A DNA stretch of 64,000 nt from Octopus vulgaris (Eukaryota), in contig OX597838.1 of the NCBI GenBank assembly GCA_951406725.2, positions 20,398,001 to 20,462,000 on the forward strand, given 5' to 3'. Under the pieces are notes generated by a model. The model was not told the DNA's origin. It ran no database searches and saw nothing but the letters and a program-made list of their open reading frames with translations. The position numbers were made by a program, and so were the translations under genes. Below, piece by piece: positions 1 through 13,819 of the stretch. Position 1 is the first letter of the stretch, and each line of letters starts with the position of its first letter.

Positions 1-190
1 TGGTTACCATTGTTTTGAATACACATTGCAATACGTTAACCCCATTCATAGTGAACTTGTAATAGCACATCTGGTGATACGTGTGCAAAGGAGTTGGTGA
101 TGCATTCCTTCAAATGATTTATGTCTTTTATCTTTCCATGATACACCCCAAAGATAGAAATCAAGAGGGGTCAGTTCAGGGGATCTAGGG
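1..190 (-). mobile_element. Tc1/mariner transposase C-terminal relic
   Basis: Minus strand encodes PRSPELTPLDFYLWG...INHLKECITNSF...RIAMCIQNNG with disablements. Confidence 0.7.
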
Positions 191-2284
191 GATCTTATAA
201 ACTGTTTCTTATAAAAAAAATAAATTTTTTCTATGCAGGAGTGGCTGTGTGGTAAGTAGCTTGTTTACCAACCACATGGTTCCGGGTTCAGTCCCACTGC
301 GTGGCACCTTGGGCAAGTGTCTTCTACTATAGCCTCAGGCCGACCAAAGCCTTGTGGGTGGATTTGGTAGACGGAAACTGAAAGAAGCCCGTCGTATATA
401 TATATATATATATATATATATCTCATCATCATCATCATCATCGTTTAGATGATGATATAAATATACGACGGGCTTCTTTCAGTTTCCGTCTACCAAATCC
501 AACCACAAGGCTTTGGTCGGCCCAAGGCTATAGTAGAAGACACTTGCCCAAGGTGCCACACAGTGGGACTGAACCCGGAACCATATATATATATGCGTGT
601 GTGTTTGCCCCCTAGCATTGCTTGACAACCGATGCTGGTGTGTTTATGTCCCCGTTACTAAGCGGTCTGGCAAAAGAGGCCGATAGAATAAGTCCTGGGG
701 TTGAGTTGCTCGATTAAAAGCGGTACTCCAGCATGGCCACAGTCAAATGACTGAAACAAGTAAAAGAGAGACTAAAGAGTATGGAGACTTTTGATTCATC
801 CTGTATATTATGAATATACTATATTCATTGCATTATACGATTCAATTATGAATTAACTACAATAGATAAGGGATAAAGATCCCTTCTGAGTCATATAGAC
901 CCATTGGGCTAGTTTCCTGGTTCCCATGGGTGTATATATTTCCCACCAGGATGGGACCCTAGTCCATCACAGGATTCCTCATTTGTACCAGCTGAGTGGA
1001 CTGGAGCAACATGAAATGAAATGCCTTGCTCAAGGGCATAATGCGTCGCCTGGTCCAGGAATCGAAACCTGAACCACAATCTTTTGATCATGACTGCAAC
1101 ACCTGAACCACAGATGATGCAACAAAGTTAATTGTACTTCCTAGCTTATCACATTTATACAAATATTCTTTTCTACTCTAGGCACAAGACCTGAAATTTT
1201 GGGGGAGGGGGGCCAGTCGATTAGACTAACCCTAGTACACAACTGGTACTTGATTTATCAACCCTGAAAGGATGAAAGGCAAAGTTGACCTCAGCATGTA
1301 AAGACAGACAAAATATTTATTTCTTTACTGTCCACAAGGAGCTACACACAGAGGGGACAAACAAGGATACACAAACGGATTATGTCGATTATATCGACCA
1401 CAGTGCGTAACTGGTACTTATTTAATTGACCCCAAAAGGATGAAAGGCAAAGTTGACCTCGGCGGAATTTGAACTCAGAACGTAGTGGCAGACGAAATAC
1501 CACTAAACATTTCGCCTTTGCCTGGCGTGCTAACGTTTCTGCCAGTTTGCCACCTTGTTGTTTGTTCCTTCTCGAGCCATGCCTGGCTCATAAGGGCCAG
1601 TTTCCCGGTTTCCATGGCATATAGGTTCCCCACCTGGACGGGACGCTAGTCCGTTGCAGGTAAGCTGCAAGAGGCAGGAGGAAAGAGTGAGAGAAAGTTG
1701 TGGCGAAAGTGTCAGCAGAAGTTTGCCATTACCTTCTGCTGGAGCCACATGGAACTTTAGGTGTTTTTCACTCATAAGCATACACATCGCCCAGTCTGAG
1801 ATTTGAACCCACGACAATCATGATGGTAACATGTAAAAGGCACTCGTGTCGGAGACATGTAGTAGGTGCCTGTGCCGGTGACACATAAAAGGCACCTGCG
1901 TTGGTGACATGGGAAAGGCACTCTTGCTGGTGGCACATAAAAGACATCTGGTACATTCTGTTGAGTGGTCTGCATTAGGAAAGGCCACCAGTCATAGAAA
2001 TCAAGCCAAAACAGACTGGAGCTTGGTACAGTTCCAATCAAACTGTCTTACCGATGCCAACATAAAAAACAGATGCTAAATGATCATGACGATGATGATG
2101 ATGACGATAATCACACACAAATATACTGATGCACAAATCTATATACCTAGGTACATGTACGTACATGGTAACAGACACACACACACACGCTCCATGAGGT
2201 ACATCACTGTTAGTTGTAGCAAGGCGTCTTTCAGCAAAAATGAGAGAGGGATCGGTAGTGAGGTTGGTTGGTAAAAGATAAAGA

Positions 2285-2485
2285 AATACAGACAGACAGA
2301 CTAACAGATGGTTGGACAGATAGACAGTTAGATAAACAGAAAGCTAACTTGTTAGAAAGAAAGAAAGATAGACTGACGGACATAGATAGGTAGGTAGATA
2401 GATAGATAGATAGATAGATAGACAGGTAGACAGATAGATTGATACATAGAGAGATAGATAGATTGATAGTTAGATAGACAGACAG
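2285..2485. repeat. (GATA/GACA)n tetranucleotide microsatellite
   Basis: Read directly. Confidence 0.9.
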
Positions 2486-2651
2486 CTTGGTGGGTTGGCA
2501 AGCAGGTATGCAGGGTACATTGGAAGGTATGTAGATATTTAGCTCACTACTTTATATTAGCGATCACACACACACACACATACACACACTTGCATGCATA
2601 CACACATACACATATGTACACTTACGTAAAAGTAATTCTTCAAGAATGAAG

Positions 2652-2709
<58 letters not shown>

Positions 2710-3146
2710 CACACACACATACATATATATGTATATATAAAACATAAAATGGTAAATGGCTGCAGACGATAAACTGAGGAATTCAGAGAGTTAGATAAAC
2801 AAAAAGGAAGCAATGTTTTTCTTCTAAGGCCTCAGCTATTTGCTGGTGCAATCTTATTTTAAAGAAAATAAGAATATTTTCTTAATTAAAGAAGAAAGAA
2901 AGAAAGAAAAAAAAGGAAGATGAAAACATTAACATTAAAAGAAATGAAAGAAAGAAAGAAGGAAGGAAAACTAGGAAGTAAGATGGCTTCAGACAAAATA
3001 GTCATGAAAGGAGGTGGGGACTGGAAGTGTGTAACTTGGAGAGAAAATATTTTTTAAAAGTGTGTACCTGTAGCTTGAATGTTGTGTTATCTAGGTGAAG
3101 TGAACTTTTACTTGGCAGGAACAAATTATCTTCGTCATTTGCTACT

Positions 3147-3422
3147 TTCATCATCATCATCATCATCCTCATCATCATTATCATCCTCATCATCATCATC
3201 GTCGTCGTCGTCGTCGTCATCATTATCATCATAATCATCATCATCATCATCACCATTATCATCAATCGTCGTTGCCACTTTCATCATTATCATCATCATC
3301 ATTAGTTGTCATTGCCACTTTCGTCATCATCGTTGTCGTCATCTTCATCATCATTGCCACTACTGTCATTGTCATCATCATCATTGTCATCATCATCATC
3401 ATCGTCATCATCATCATCATCG
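3147..3422. repeat. Compound (CAT/CGT)n microsatellite with recurring TTGCCACTTTC(A/G)TC unit
   Basis: Read directly; contiguous with the tail of a family C SINE. Confidence 0.85.
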
Positions 3423-4030
3423 TTTAACGTCTGCTTTCCATGCTAGCATGGGTTGGATGATTTGACTGAGGACTGGTGAACCAAATGGTTGCACCAGGCT
3501 TCAATCTTGATCTGGCATAGTTTCTACAGCTGGATGTTCTTCTTAATGCTAACCACTCCGAGAGTGTAGTGGGTGCTTTTATGTGCCACTGGCATGGGGG
3601 CCAGTCAGGCAGTACTGGCAACGACCTCGCTCGAATCTTTTTACACATGCAACCAGTACAGGTGCCAGTAAGGTGATACTGGTTACGATCATGCTTGAAT
3701 GGTGCCTCTTACGTGTCACCGGCATGGAGGCCAGTTATCCACTCTGGCAATGATCACACTCGGATGGTGCTCTTAGCACCCTACTAACATGGGGCTCAAG
3801 TGCCAGTAAGGCGACACTGGTATCGATCACACTTGAATGGTGCCTTTTAAGTGCCACTGGCACGGAAGTCAGTTAGCCACTCACAACAAATCACACACAT
3901 ACCCAAGGCACACAACTGCGCTTGGTAGTGAAGTGAAAGCACGCTATAAAAATAAAACTACTGAATAATAATAATAATAACATCGACAAATACCTTAGGA
4001 ATGAGAACCCAGGTTCGAAATTTCCCCCAA

Positions 4031-4076
4031 GACACCTGATGAAGGCTGGAGTGTATATCAACCGAAACGTTGTGTT
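4031..4076 (+). ncRNA. Minimal type I hammerhead ribozyme motif (Penelope-like-element type)
   Basis: gacac-CTGATGA-a-ggctg(gagtgtatat)caacc-GAAA-CG-TT^-gtgtt; stem I gacac/gtgtt, palindromic ACGT stem III. Confidence 0.7.
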
Positions 4077-4483
4077 AACAACAAACAAGACGAGGACAAA
4101 TATCCATCAATTGTAAACAATGTAAACAATCTAAATAATGTACAAATATGGCGGATTTAAATGCTAAAGGATTAAGCTTAACCATTTCAGAATTTGCATA
4201 ATCTGTGATGATGTTGATGTTGGTACTCATCTGTGATTTTTGTAAAGTGGACTAAAGACAAATTTTCCCTTTTTTTTTTACTTTTATTCTTTTGTTTATT
4301 TTAGGCATTTGACTGTGGCCATGCTGGAGCTCTGTCTTTTAGTCAAAGAAATTGACCTCAGGATTAATTCTTTTGGTCTCTTTTGCTGAACCACTAAGTT
4401 ACAGTTACATAAACACACCAACATCAGTTGTCAAGCGATGGTTAGTGGGAGGACAAACACAGACACAAAGCAACACACATAAA

Positions 4484-4532
<49 letters not shown>

Positions 4533-5059
4533 GATGGCAGCTTCTTTCAGTTTCTGTCAATCAAATCCACTCACAAGGCTTTGGTTGGCCTGAGGCTATA
4601 GTAGAAGACACTTGCCCAAGGTGCCATGCAGTGGGACTGAACCTGGAACCATGTGGTTGGGAAGCAAGCCCCTTACCACACAGCCATGCCAGCACCTGGT
4701 CAGTGTCAGACACATTTCTCATATTCTTCTACAAGAAGAGCTGTACTGCAACCAATTGACCAATTTACAATTCTAAGTGGTTTGACCAGATTGAGGTCAA
4801 ACCACTGAGAAGTCAAGCCACTGATGTTTTGCAGCTTACAAGAAACAGCAGCCAAATTTCTCTCAAAATCATATCCTTCCATCTTGAAAAAGTATGTCGT
4901 AAAAATTTTTTAAATGTGGTAAGTAGCTTGCTTACCAACTACATGGTTCCGGGTTCAGTCCCACTGTGTGGCACCTTGGGCAAGTGTTTCAACTATATAG
5001 CCTCGGGCCGAACAAAATCTTGCGAGTGGATTTGGGACTCGGAAACTGAAAGAAGCCTG

Positions 5060-5112
<53 letters not shown>

Positions 5113-6185
5113 TTACTACCCACAAGGGGCTAAACACAGAGGGGACAAACAAGGACAGACAAAGGGATTAAGTCGACTACATCGACCCCAGTGCGTAACT
5201 GGTACTTAATTTATCGACCCCGAAAGGATGAAAGGCAAAGTCGACCTCGGCGGAATTTGAACTCGGAACGTAACGACAGACGAAATACGGCTACGAATTT
5301 CGCCCGGCGTGCTAACGTTTCTACCAGCTCGCCGCCTTTATATATATATATATATAAATATACATATGTGTGTGTGTGTATGTTTGTCCCCTGCAACATT
5401 GCTTGATGACAAATGCTGGTGTGTTTATGTCCCCGTAACTTAGCGGTTCAGCAAAAGGGACTGATAGAATAAGTACTAGGCTTACAAAGAATAAGTCTTG
5501 GGGTTGACTTGCTCAACGAAAGGCAGTGCTCTAGCATGGTCGCAGTCAAATGACTGAAACAAGTAAAAAGAATAAAACATGTATTCCTAAATACACCAAG
5601 TGGCAAACTAGCAGATTAGTTAGAGTGCCTTGTGGTTTTTATTCTGAATCTTTGCACTCCTCGTTATTATCATCATTTAACATCTGTTCTCCATTCTAGT
5701 ACAGGTAGGATGGTTCCAGAGGAACTGGCAAGGCAGAAGATTGTACCAAACTCTGCTGTCTGCTTTTGGCATAGTTTCTATGGATAGGCACCATTTCAAA
5801 TGTCAACCGTTTTACAGAGTATTCTGGGTGCTTTTTATGTGGCACCAGCACCAGTGGGGTGACCAAGAAACTTGCAAAACAAGACTCTTCAACTGAATGG
5901 GGAAATAGTATTGAGGGAGAGGGAAAAATGTCTGCTGAGGTCAAATTTGTCTTTCACTATTATGGAAGAAACTATCAATTTGGGGTAGTGGGGCGGTGAA
6001 ACTATTAAAACATTGAGTGGGATACCTTGTGGTATTTGTTCAAGGTGCCCTTGTTCTAACAGCAATACTAATGGTGACTCTGTTTCCAAGCTGTCTTGGC
6101 CTTGCCTATCCCTTCAGCATTGTCAACAGTGAAGAGAGGGATGACTTTCATGTAAGTGTAACTGCTGCTCTCTCTCTTTCTCTCT

Positions 6186-6234
<49 letters not shown>

Positions 6235-6254
6235 CCTCACACACACACTGAAAC

Positions 6255-7510
6255 ACAATCCTATATGGAAAAGAAGGTTATGGAAGCTCAAGGGTCCTTC
6301 AAATGGGCAGAAATTTAGAGACATCTTTAATGAAGCCTTTGATAGGAAGGCGGTAAAGATGGAGGCACGACATAGAGGACAACTGGAAGTTCTTAAGAGG
6401 CAATCTACTGAGAGTGACAGACCAAATTTGTGGTTGGAGCCAAGCTTCTGACAGACCAAGTGTAACATGGTAGTGGAAAAGTGAGGTTAAAAGACCTATA
6501 AAAGAGAAGAGACAGGCTTGGAAAGAGTGGAAGCATGGGGGTAGCAAAGAACCATATCAGGTAGCTAAGAGAGAAGCTAGGCATCAGGTTTATCAAGGTA
6601 GGGAACAAATAGAAAGGAAGAGGTTTAATAATGTCTTACAACATGAAGATCAGAGACTTGAGGTGTTCTGGATTGTCAGAAAGTGTGTTATAGAGAATCG
6701 AGATGTTGTGGGAGAAAAGTGTACAAATGGATAATACATTTGCTCCTAGTGATCTTGAAAAGAAAGAGGTATGGAAGAGCTACTATGAAAGGGTATTAAA
6801 TATGGAGAATGACTGGGAGAAAGGAAATTTTCCCCAATGGAACCCAACAGAGAGACCAGCTATTGTAGTTGACAGCAGCATCACCGATAAAGCAATTAAA
6901 GATATGAAGACATGGAAAGCCCTTGATTAAACAGGAGTCACTACTGAGATGCTTAAGATATCTCATAGAGTTGGGTATGGTCTAGCCATCTGCATAGTTA
7001 ATCAGGTTATTCAGGAAGGCATAATGCCCAGTGACTAATGTAGCAGCATCAGAGTTGGCTGCTAAAATGGCAAGAGAGATGCCTCAGTTAGAAGTAATTA
7101 TAGAGGCATCAAATTCCTGGACCAGGTGATGAAAGTTGCAAAGAGAGTTGTAGCCCAATTAATTCGGAAAAGAATTAGACTTGATGAAATGTAGTTTGGC
7201 CTTGTTCTGGGGAGAAGCATCACAGATGCTATTTTCATAGTCAGGCAATTGTAAGAAAAATATTTAGCTTAGAAGAAGCTGTTGTATTTGGCATCTGTTG
7301 GTTTGGAGAAGGCTTCCAACAGAGTACCTTGTTCTGTTCCTCTCTGGGGAAGCTAGGAGTAGACAAATGGCTCAGGAAAACAATGCAAGTGACGAATTTA
7401 GTGTACAAGTAGGTGGTCGACATGATTCATTCCTCAGCCCCCTCCTATTCATCATTGTCCTTCATGCCATAACAGGCGAATTTAAGACTGGAAGCCCACA
7501 GGAATTACTA
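6255..7510 (+). mobile_element. Degraded RTE-clade LINE reverse-transcriptase fragment
   Basis: Frameshifted/stop-ridden EKRQAWKEWK..KAIKDMKT..EMLK..NYRGIKFLDQVMK..DAIFIVRQL..EKA; an inverted related piece lies at ~7905-8050. Confidence 0.8.
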
Positions 7511-8271
7511 CATGCACTGGTGCTGGTGCCACACAAAAAATACTGGTGATGGTACTGCTAGGCGGTGAGCTGGCAGAAACGTTAGCACACCGGGCGAAAT
7601 GCTTAGCGGTATTTTGTCTGCGTTACGTTGTGAGTTCAAATTCTGCCAAGGTCGACTTTGCCTTTCATCCTTTCGGGGTCGATAAATTAAGTACCAGTTA
7701 CGCACTGGAGTCGATGTAATCGACTTAATACCTATGTCTGTCCTTGTTTGTCCCCTCTGTGTTTAGCCTCTTGTGGGCAATAAAGAAATAGGTACTGCTA
7801 TAATTTTATATATGTCTGGTGGAGATGAATTGCTGCTATCTCAAGCAGCTGGATGTCCATCACCGATAAGGTCACAGAAGGCTGAAATCATGTGATCTGG
7901 TACACCAGTCACTTGGGAATCTGCCTTCCTGAATAACCTGATTAACTTCATGGGTGACTAGACTGTACCCAACTCTACCAAATATCTTGAGCATCTCAGC
8001 AATGACTTCTGATGGACCAGGGTCTTTCCTTGTCTTCATATCTTTAATTACTCATGTGTGTGTGTGTCTGTGTGTGAGTGAGTGTGTATATGTACTGGTG
8101 TGTGTGTGTGTGTGTGTGTGCATGTGTGTATGTGCACGTGTGTGTATATGTATGTGTGTGTGTGCATGTTTGTATGTGTGTATAACTCTCTCTTCCCTTT
8201 TCTTTACTTTCTTTTTTTATTTTGCTCTCTCTTCTTTCCCCAAACCCCTTATACTATTCTTGATAACTTAC

Positions 8272-8453
8272 TGTACTTAAACACTTCATCCCAAAGTAAA
8301 TTTTGCATTATTTGATTCTCTGTCTGAAGAATTTCCAATAGGAGATCTCTCACATGTTCATGTAACATGTAAAACTTTGTAATTCCTATTAACAAATGAA
8401 ACATATGTAACGGTAAATAACTAACGCCAATAAACTTTCCAGCTTTCTGTAAT
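8272..8453 (-). CDS. Candidate internal exon of an unidentified minus-strand gene (LQKAGKFIGVSYLPLHMFHLLIGITKFYMLHEHVRDLLLEILQTENQIMQNLLWDEVFKY)
   Basis: Non-repetitive open frame with protein-like composition, perfect A|gtaagt donor (acttac at 8266-8271) and AG acceptors allowing a start at 8453 or 8446. Confidence 0.45.
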
Positions 8454-8494
8454 CTATACGTGTATGTATGTTTATATATATATACATACATATA

Positions 8495-8778
8495 TCACAT
8501 GACCGACCAGACCATCAGATGTTGCTACACATCGCTGGTCACAATGCGTTCGCATTGCTTTAGCCTTCGAATGACGCCACCCCGCTGGCTAAGCGAGCAG
8601 GCCAACAGAAGAAAGAGTAGGAGAAAGAGTACAGCAGGGATCACTACCCCCTGCCGGAGCCTCGTGGAGCTTTTAGGTGTTTTCGCTCAATAAACACACA
8701 CATCGCCCGGTCTGGGAATCAAAACCGCGATCCTATGACCGCGAGTCTGCTGCCCTAACCACTGGGCCATTGCGCCTC

Positions 8779-8780
<2 letters not shown>
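8495..8780 (-). mobile_element. tRNA-derived SINE family D (representative)
   Basis: Head GGAGGCGCAATGGCCCAGTGGTTAGGGCAGC..GATTCCCAGACCGGGCG; copies at 1555-1812(-), 28178-28382(-), 36196-36499(-), 47268-47562(+). Confidence 0.8.
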
Positions 8781-8841
<61 letters not shown>

Positions 8842-8984
8842 TTATATATAATTTTTTTAGAAAAACATAAAAACAGAGAAGAACCACACTCTAAGAAGTA
8901 GAACAGTCTATATTTATTATTGATGAAGGCCTGTTTATAGGGTTGTCTTGGTTGATACATGCTTGCATGTGTATGGAGGGGAGA

Positions 8985-9405
8985 AAATCAGGTGTAGTGT
9001 TGGCGAATCTCAGGAAGCATGGAAGTTTCGAAGGATGCAGTGCTCCAACAACTAACAACTGATGCCGGCAGTTTGTTCCATGCTTCAGCAACTCTTAGCG
9101 TGAAAAAATGTTTCCGAAAGTCATGGGAGCTGTGCTGTTTTCTGACTTTGTAAACATATCCACGGGTGTTAGACAGGTAGAGTTTGAAAAGGTGCTCAGA
9201 GTTATTGTTAGTAAGATGGTTAATAATTTTATGGGTGTCTGCCAAGTCAGCTGCCAGACGTCAGAGTTTCAATGTATCCATGCCCAGGGAAGTAAGGCGT
9301 TCAGAATATGGCAAATGCCTGATGGAGGGTATTCTCTTGGTTGGACGTCACTGAACGGTTTCCAGACGATTAATATCCTGGGCAAGATAGGGTTTCCAGA
9401 CCGGT
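8985..9405 (-). mobile_element. CR1/L2-type LINE 3' end fragment
   Basis: HLPYSERL..LGMDTLKL..THKIINHL..TRG..RKHFFTLRVAEAWNKLPASVV. Confidence 0.8.
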
Positions 9406-11823
9406 GATGCAAATTTCAGGTAGCCATACAGCTCAAAGTATTGTGTTTAGTAAATTAGGGTTTTAGTTATTTTGCAATGTCTAACAGAAGGGTGGAAAGA
9501 ATTTAGCTTTCTTAATTCATATGTATTAAATGCTGCTATTATTGCTTCTAAACTGGGAGTTGTGGAAAGGCTTTCAGAATGAAAGTTTCAATGTTGTTAG
9601 CATAGGGTGGGTTGTACCAACATATTTGGTGTTTCTTGTGTTTGTTGTTGTTTGTAACTGTACTGGTGGTCCCAGGGTTTAGTGTCTTTGTAGGAAGCTA
9701 AGGGTTCTGGAGTTCTTCATGAGTTTCTTGTCCATCTTTCCTATTATTTGATCAAAGATTATAGTAGTTGTTATGTGTATATTTAGCATGATTAATTCTA
9801 GAATTGTAGAATTTAGTAGATCTATTCAATGTATTGCTATCACTAGTATGCAGATTATTAGTACTCATGACCTATTTAAGTTTGGTGCTATTATAGTTTG
9901 ATATTGTTTGATTGTAGCAACTCCTTTTAAGGGCTTGGTTGTAATATTTAGCATGGTTTTGGAAGATGGTTTGGTTAGCAGAAAGGTTAGAAACTCAATT
10001 AGATATGCTTTTGATAATGCTCTTCCTAACTGAAAGTGGATGGTTAGAGGATCTATGGATATAATGTAAGATTTCATTTTATATATATGTATGTGTGTGT
10101 GTGTGTATATTTATATATACATATATATATGTAGATATAGATATATTGATAGATACATAGAAAGATATATATATGCATACATATATCCGTAGACATATAT
10201 GCATGCATGTGTGTGTTGGTATGTATTATCATCATCATCATCATTTAACATATGCTTTCCATGCTGGCATGGGTTGGATAATTTGACCGGAGCTGGTAAG
10301 GCCAGAGGCTGCACCAGAATCCATTGTCTGTTCTGGTCTGGTTTCAACAGCTGAATGCCCTTCCTAATGCCAACCACTCCACAGAGTATACTAGGTGCTT
10401 TTTATTTGGCACCAGCACCAGTGCTTTTAATGTAGCCCTCTGCCTCCACTGCTTGACAACTGAAGTGGACTTGTTTGCGTCTCTGTAACCTAGCAGTTCT
10501 GTAAAAAAGACTAATAGAATGGATACAAGGCTTGAAAAAATATATATGTATTGGGGTGGATTTGTTTGCCTAAACCTTTCGAGACTGTCCAAACAATGCT
10601 GCAGTCCAATGTCTGAAAGAAGAAAAATATATATAAAGGAAGACAAATGGAATGGAAACAAAGAAAAAAAAGGAAAAAAGCAAAAACAAAGCACCATTGC
10701 GGAACCTGAATAACAACAAGTGTTGAACATTAGAAAAGTCATTCATATTTATACTGTTTCACTTAAATTGTATTTATAAAGTACATGTGTTTCTCCTTTC
10801 TTCTGTAAGCACAAGACTTGAACTTTTATGGAAGGTCAATAGTGGATTACACTGAGCAACTATAGCAAATGGTTTTTATACATGATTCTGATGAGTCAAC
10901 AGGTACTTAATTTATCAACCCAGAAACGATAAAAGGCAAAGTTGACCATGGCAGGTTTAGAACTCAAAAAGTGAAGAGTTGGAAGAAATGGTGCAACAAT
11001 GCACTAAGGAAGTCTCTTTGCCTGAAAATCCTAGCTTTTCCAGATTGTCACCTCAACATTCAGTAACATAATCTAGTGCATTCATCATCATCATAATCAT
11101 CAACAACAACATTTAAAGTCCGTTTTCCACGGTGGAATAGGGTGGATGACTTGACAGCAACTGGCAAGGCCAGGGGGTCACACCATGTCTCATTGTCTGT
11201 TTTGGTTTGATTTCTACAGCTGGATGTCTTTCCTAATGCCAACCACTTTATTGAGTATAGTGGGTGTTTTTTTACATGGCATCATCACCAGTGCTTTTTA
11301 TGTGACAACAGCACCCACACCAATGCTTTTTACATGGTACCTTCATTTTGTATGTATGTTTAAAAGTGTAGTCTGAAGATCTGTGTCTCGGTTGCCGAAA
11401 TTTTGCAATGGGGGACATACTCTTTACTCTTTTACTTGTTTCAGTCATTTGACTGTGGCCATGCTGGAGCACCACCTTTAATCGAGCAACTCGACCCTGG
11501 GACTTATTCTTTGTTAGCCTAGTACTTATTCTATCGGTCTTTTTTGCTGAACTGCTAAGTGACGAGGACATAAACACACCAGCATCGGTTCTCAAGCAAT
11601 ACTAGGGGGACAAACACACTTGCACATATATGTATATACACATATATATGACGGGCTACTTTCAGTTTCCGTCTACCAAATCCACTCACAAGACTTTGCC
11701 CAAGGTGCCACGCAGTGGGACTGAACCCGGAACCATGTGGTTGGTAAGCAAGCTACTTACCACACAGCCACTCCTGCGCCAAAGAGACAATCATTGGCTA
11801 TATAACATTTCTGAAGTTTGTTC

Positions 11824-12051
11824 TTAAGCCTTTCGTTACTGTATTTATTTTGAGATGCTCTGTATTTCTTTCAGTTAATTTTAAATATAAGAAAGAGTTT
11901 AGTAAAATAACTTAGTTATCATTCAGTTAGTGTTAGGAACATATTGTGATTAAGGTTTGGTGGGAGATTTTAATTCAAAACTTATGAAAACAAGTCCTTT
12001 GTACTACAGAGCCAGAGGCAGTTTCAGCCGGGTTGGTAAAAAAAGGGTTAA
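11824..12051. mobile_element. piggyBac-like MITE family 1 (TTAA-flanked)
   Basis: TTAA..cctttcgttac / gtaaaaaaaggg-TTAA; further copies at 23341-23566 (plus partial repeat to 23730), 30195-30407 and 46710-46938. Confidence 0.75.
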
Positions 12052-12088
12052 GTTCGTGGCAGAAGAAAACAAAGGATATTGTATAACT

Positions 12089-12316
12089 TTAACCCTTTAG
12101 TGTTCAGATTACTCTGTTAAATCTAATACTTTTCCACTCAAATTGTTTTGAATTAATCAAGCATTATCTTATAGCTTTGAGGTTTCAATGATGTGGTTGT
12201 TTATTTTCAGAATGTCAATGTAGGTTAGGTGTGAGAGGCTAGATTTGGCCAGTTTGAATATAAAACATGTGGAATATTTGGGCCGGATATGGCCAGTTTA
12301 AACACTAAAGGGTTAA
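12089..12316. mobile_element. piggyBac-like MITE family 2
   Basis: TTAA-CCCTTTAGTGTT ... AACACTAAAGGG-TTAA: perfect 12-bp TIR and TTAA TSD; related pieces at ~20515-20740, ~28470, ~45305 and ~47780-47949. Confidence 0.8.
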
Positions 12317-13819
12317 GGAATGCAATAGAAACTAGGAAAAGTTATTGATTAAGAAAATAATTTAGAGTAATTATGTATATTGACTAATGGAAGAAGGGAA
12401 GGCAATGAGTTAGCAGAGTTGTTAGTTTGAAGGTGGAGAGCTGGCAGAATCGTTAGCACACTGGGCGAAATGCTGAGCGGTATTTCATCTGCTGTTATGG
12501 TCTGAGTTCAAATTCCGCCGAGGTCGACTATGCCTTTCTTCCTTTCGGGGTTGATAAATTAAGTTCCAGTTACGCACTGGGGTTGATGTAATCGTCTTAG
12601 TCCCTTTGTCTGTCCCCTGTGTTTGGCCTCTTGTGGAAATAGAGATTTCATTTGCTATTACATTCTGAGCTCAAATTCTGCCGAGGTCAATTTTGCCTTT
12701 CATCCTTTCAGATGTAATCGACTTAACCCCTTTGTCTGTCCTTGTTTGTCCCTTCTATGTTTAGCCCCTTGTGGGCAATAAAGAAATAAGAATTGTTAGT
12801 TTGATGAGCAAAATGCATAGTGGTATTTCCTTTTGTTTTTTACAGTTTGAGTTGAAAATTCTCCCAAGGTCAACTTTTCTTTTTATTCTTTTGGAGTTGA
12901 TAAAATATGTAACACTGGAGCACAGAAGTCAATGTAATTGAACTGCCTTTATCATCAAAATTTCAGGCATTGTGCCAACAGTATAAAAAAAAAAAAAAAA
13001 ATTGATGGAGGAAGGGAATAATGGTTTTAAAAAAATTATGTCTTTTGCCAGCAATAATAACTGTAAAACTAAAATGTTATTTTATTTACATTTTTTAAAA
13101 CTGATTTTTACGAAGTATGACGAAGTATCTTCTGAATTGCTTGGATGCAAGAATTCTGAATGAATCAACTTTCTTATTTGTCCAAAATATAATGAATTCA
13201 GGTCATGTATTTATGTAAACCAGGGCAAGGCTATATTCGCCTGCTAGATTTCAAATATATGAATTATTTCAGAAAATCAACATCTAATTGGGAAAATGTA
13301 TTTTTTAAAATTTCAAGTGGACCTTCCATAGGTATCTCTCTTTCGTTTTCAAGTATGATGCTTCCATACTAGCATCTACCCTCTTTGTCGTTTAATCAGC
13401 AGATTTAGTTTCGTAGAAAAGCTTTGTCTCTCTCTCTTTTAAAATATTACGTTTTCTAATGTATGTATAAGGCTACAGATTTCGGGATGGAAAGATTTAA
13501 CCGTCTAATTAATCGATCATGTACTCTATTTTATCGCTACACCACCACTAACAGAAACAAGAAAAATCTAAGTCGACCTCGGTAAGGTTTGAATACAGAT
13601 CGTAAAGGGACATAACCCCAAAACTGATCGCTTCTTTAAAAAATTTAGTTAATTTTTTTTCCTATTGTAATAAAATATACATATTCTAGTTACCCAATTG
13701 AAAGTAAATCATATTATTCTAAATTCAGCTTTAATAAAATACCTCCTATTATATATATATATATTTTGTTGGGAATACGTAAAAAAAATTTTCGTGCTAG
13801 CTTAAGATGTGTCAGTGAG

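Noticed and set aside
3002-3420. Apparent poly-Asp/poly-Met coding exon on the minus strand
   Set aside because: The acidic frame is interrupted by stops; it is an expanded (CAT)n SINE tail.
3580-3900. Regularly spaced GTGCC..GGCAC palindromic units resembling a CRISPR array
   Set aside because: Internal subrepeats of SINE family C in a eukaryotic genome; the intervening segments are homologous to each other and there are no cas genes.
8700-8780. tRNA-like sequences with A/B boxes (heads of SINE families A, B and D)
   Set aside because: No complete cloverleaf; they continue into repeated SINE bodies, so they are not tRNA genes.
10693-10703. 11-nt minus-strand microexon candidate (tattcag|GTTCCGCAATG|gtgctt)
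   Set aside because: Weak donor and too short to support without transcript data.
11366-11410. CTGAAGA...GAAA spacing
   Set aside because: No stem II complementarity.
13085-13370. Coding-looking minus-strand sequence next to the promoter
   Set aside because: All frames contain stops within short distances; no coherent exon could be built.
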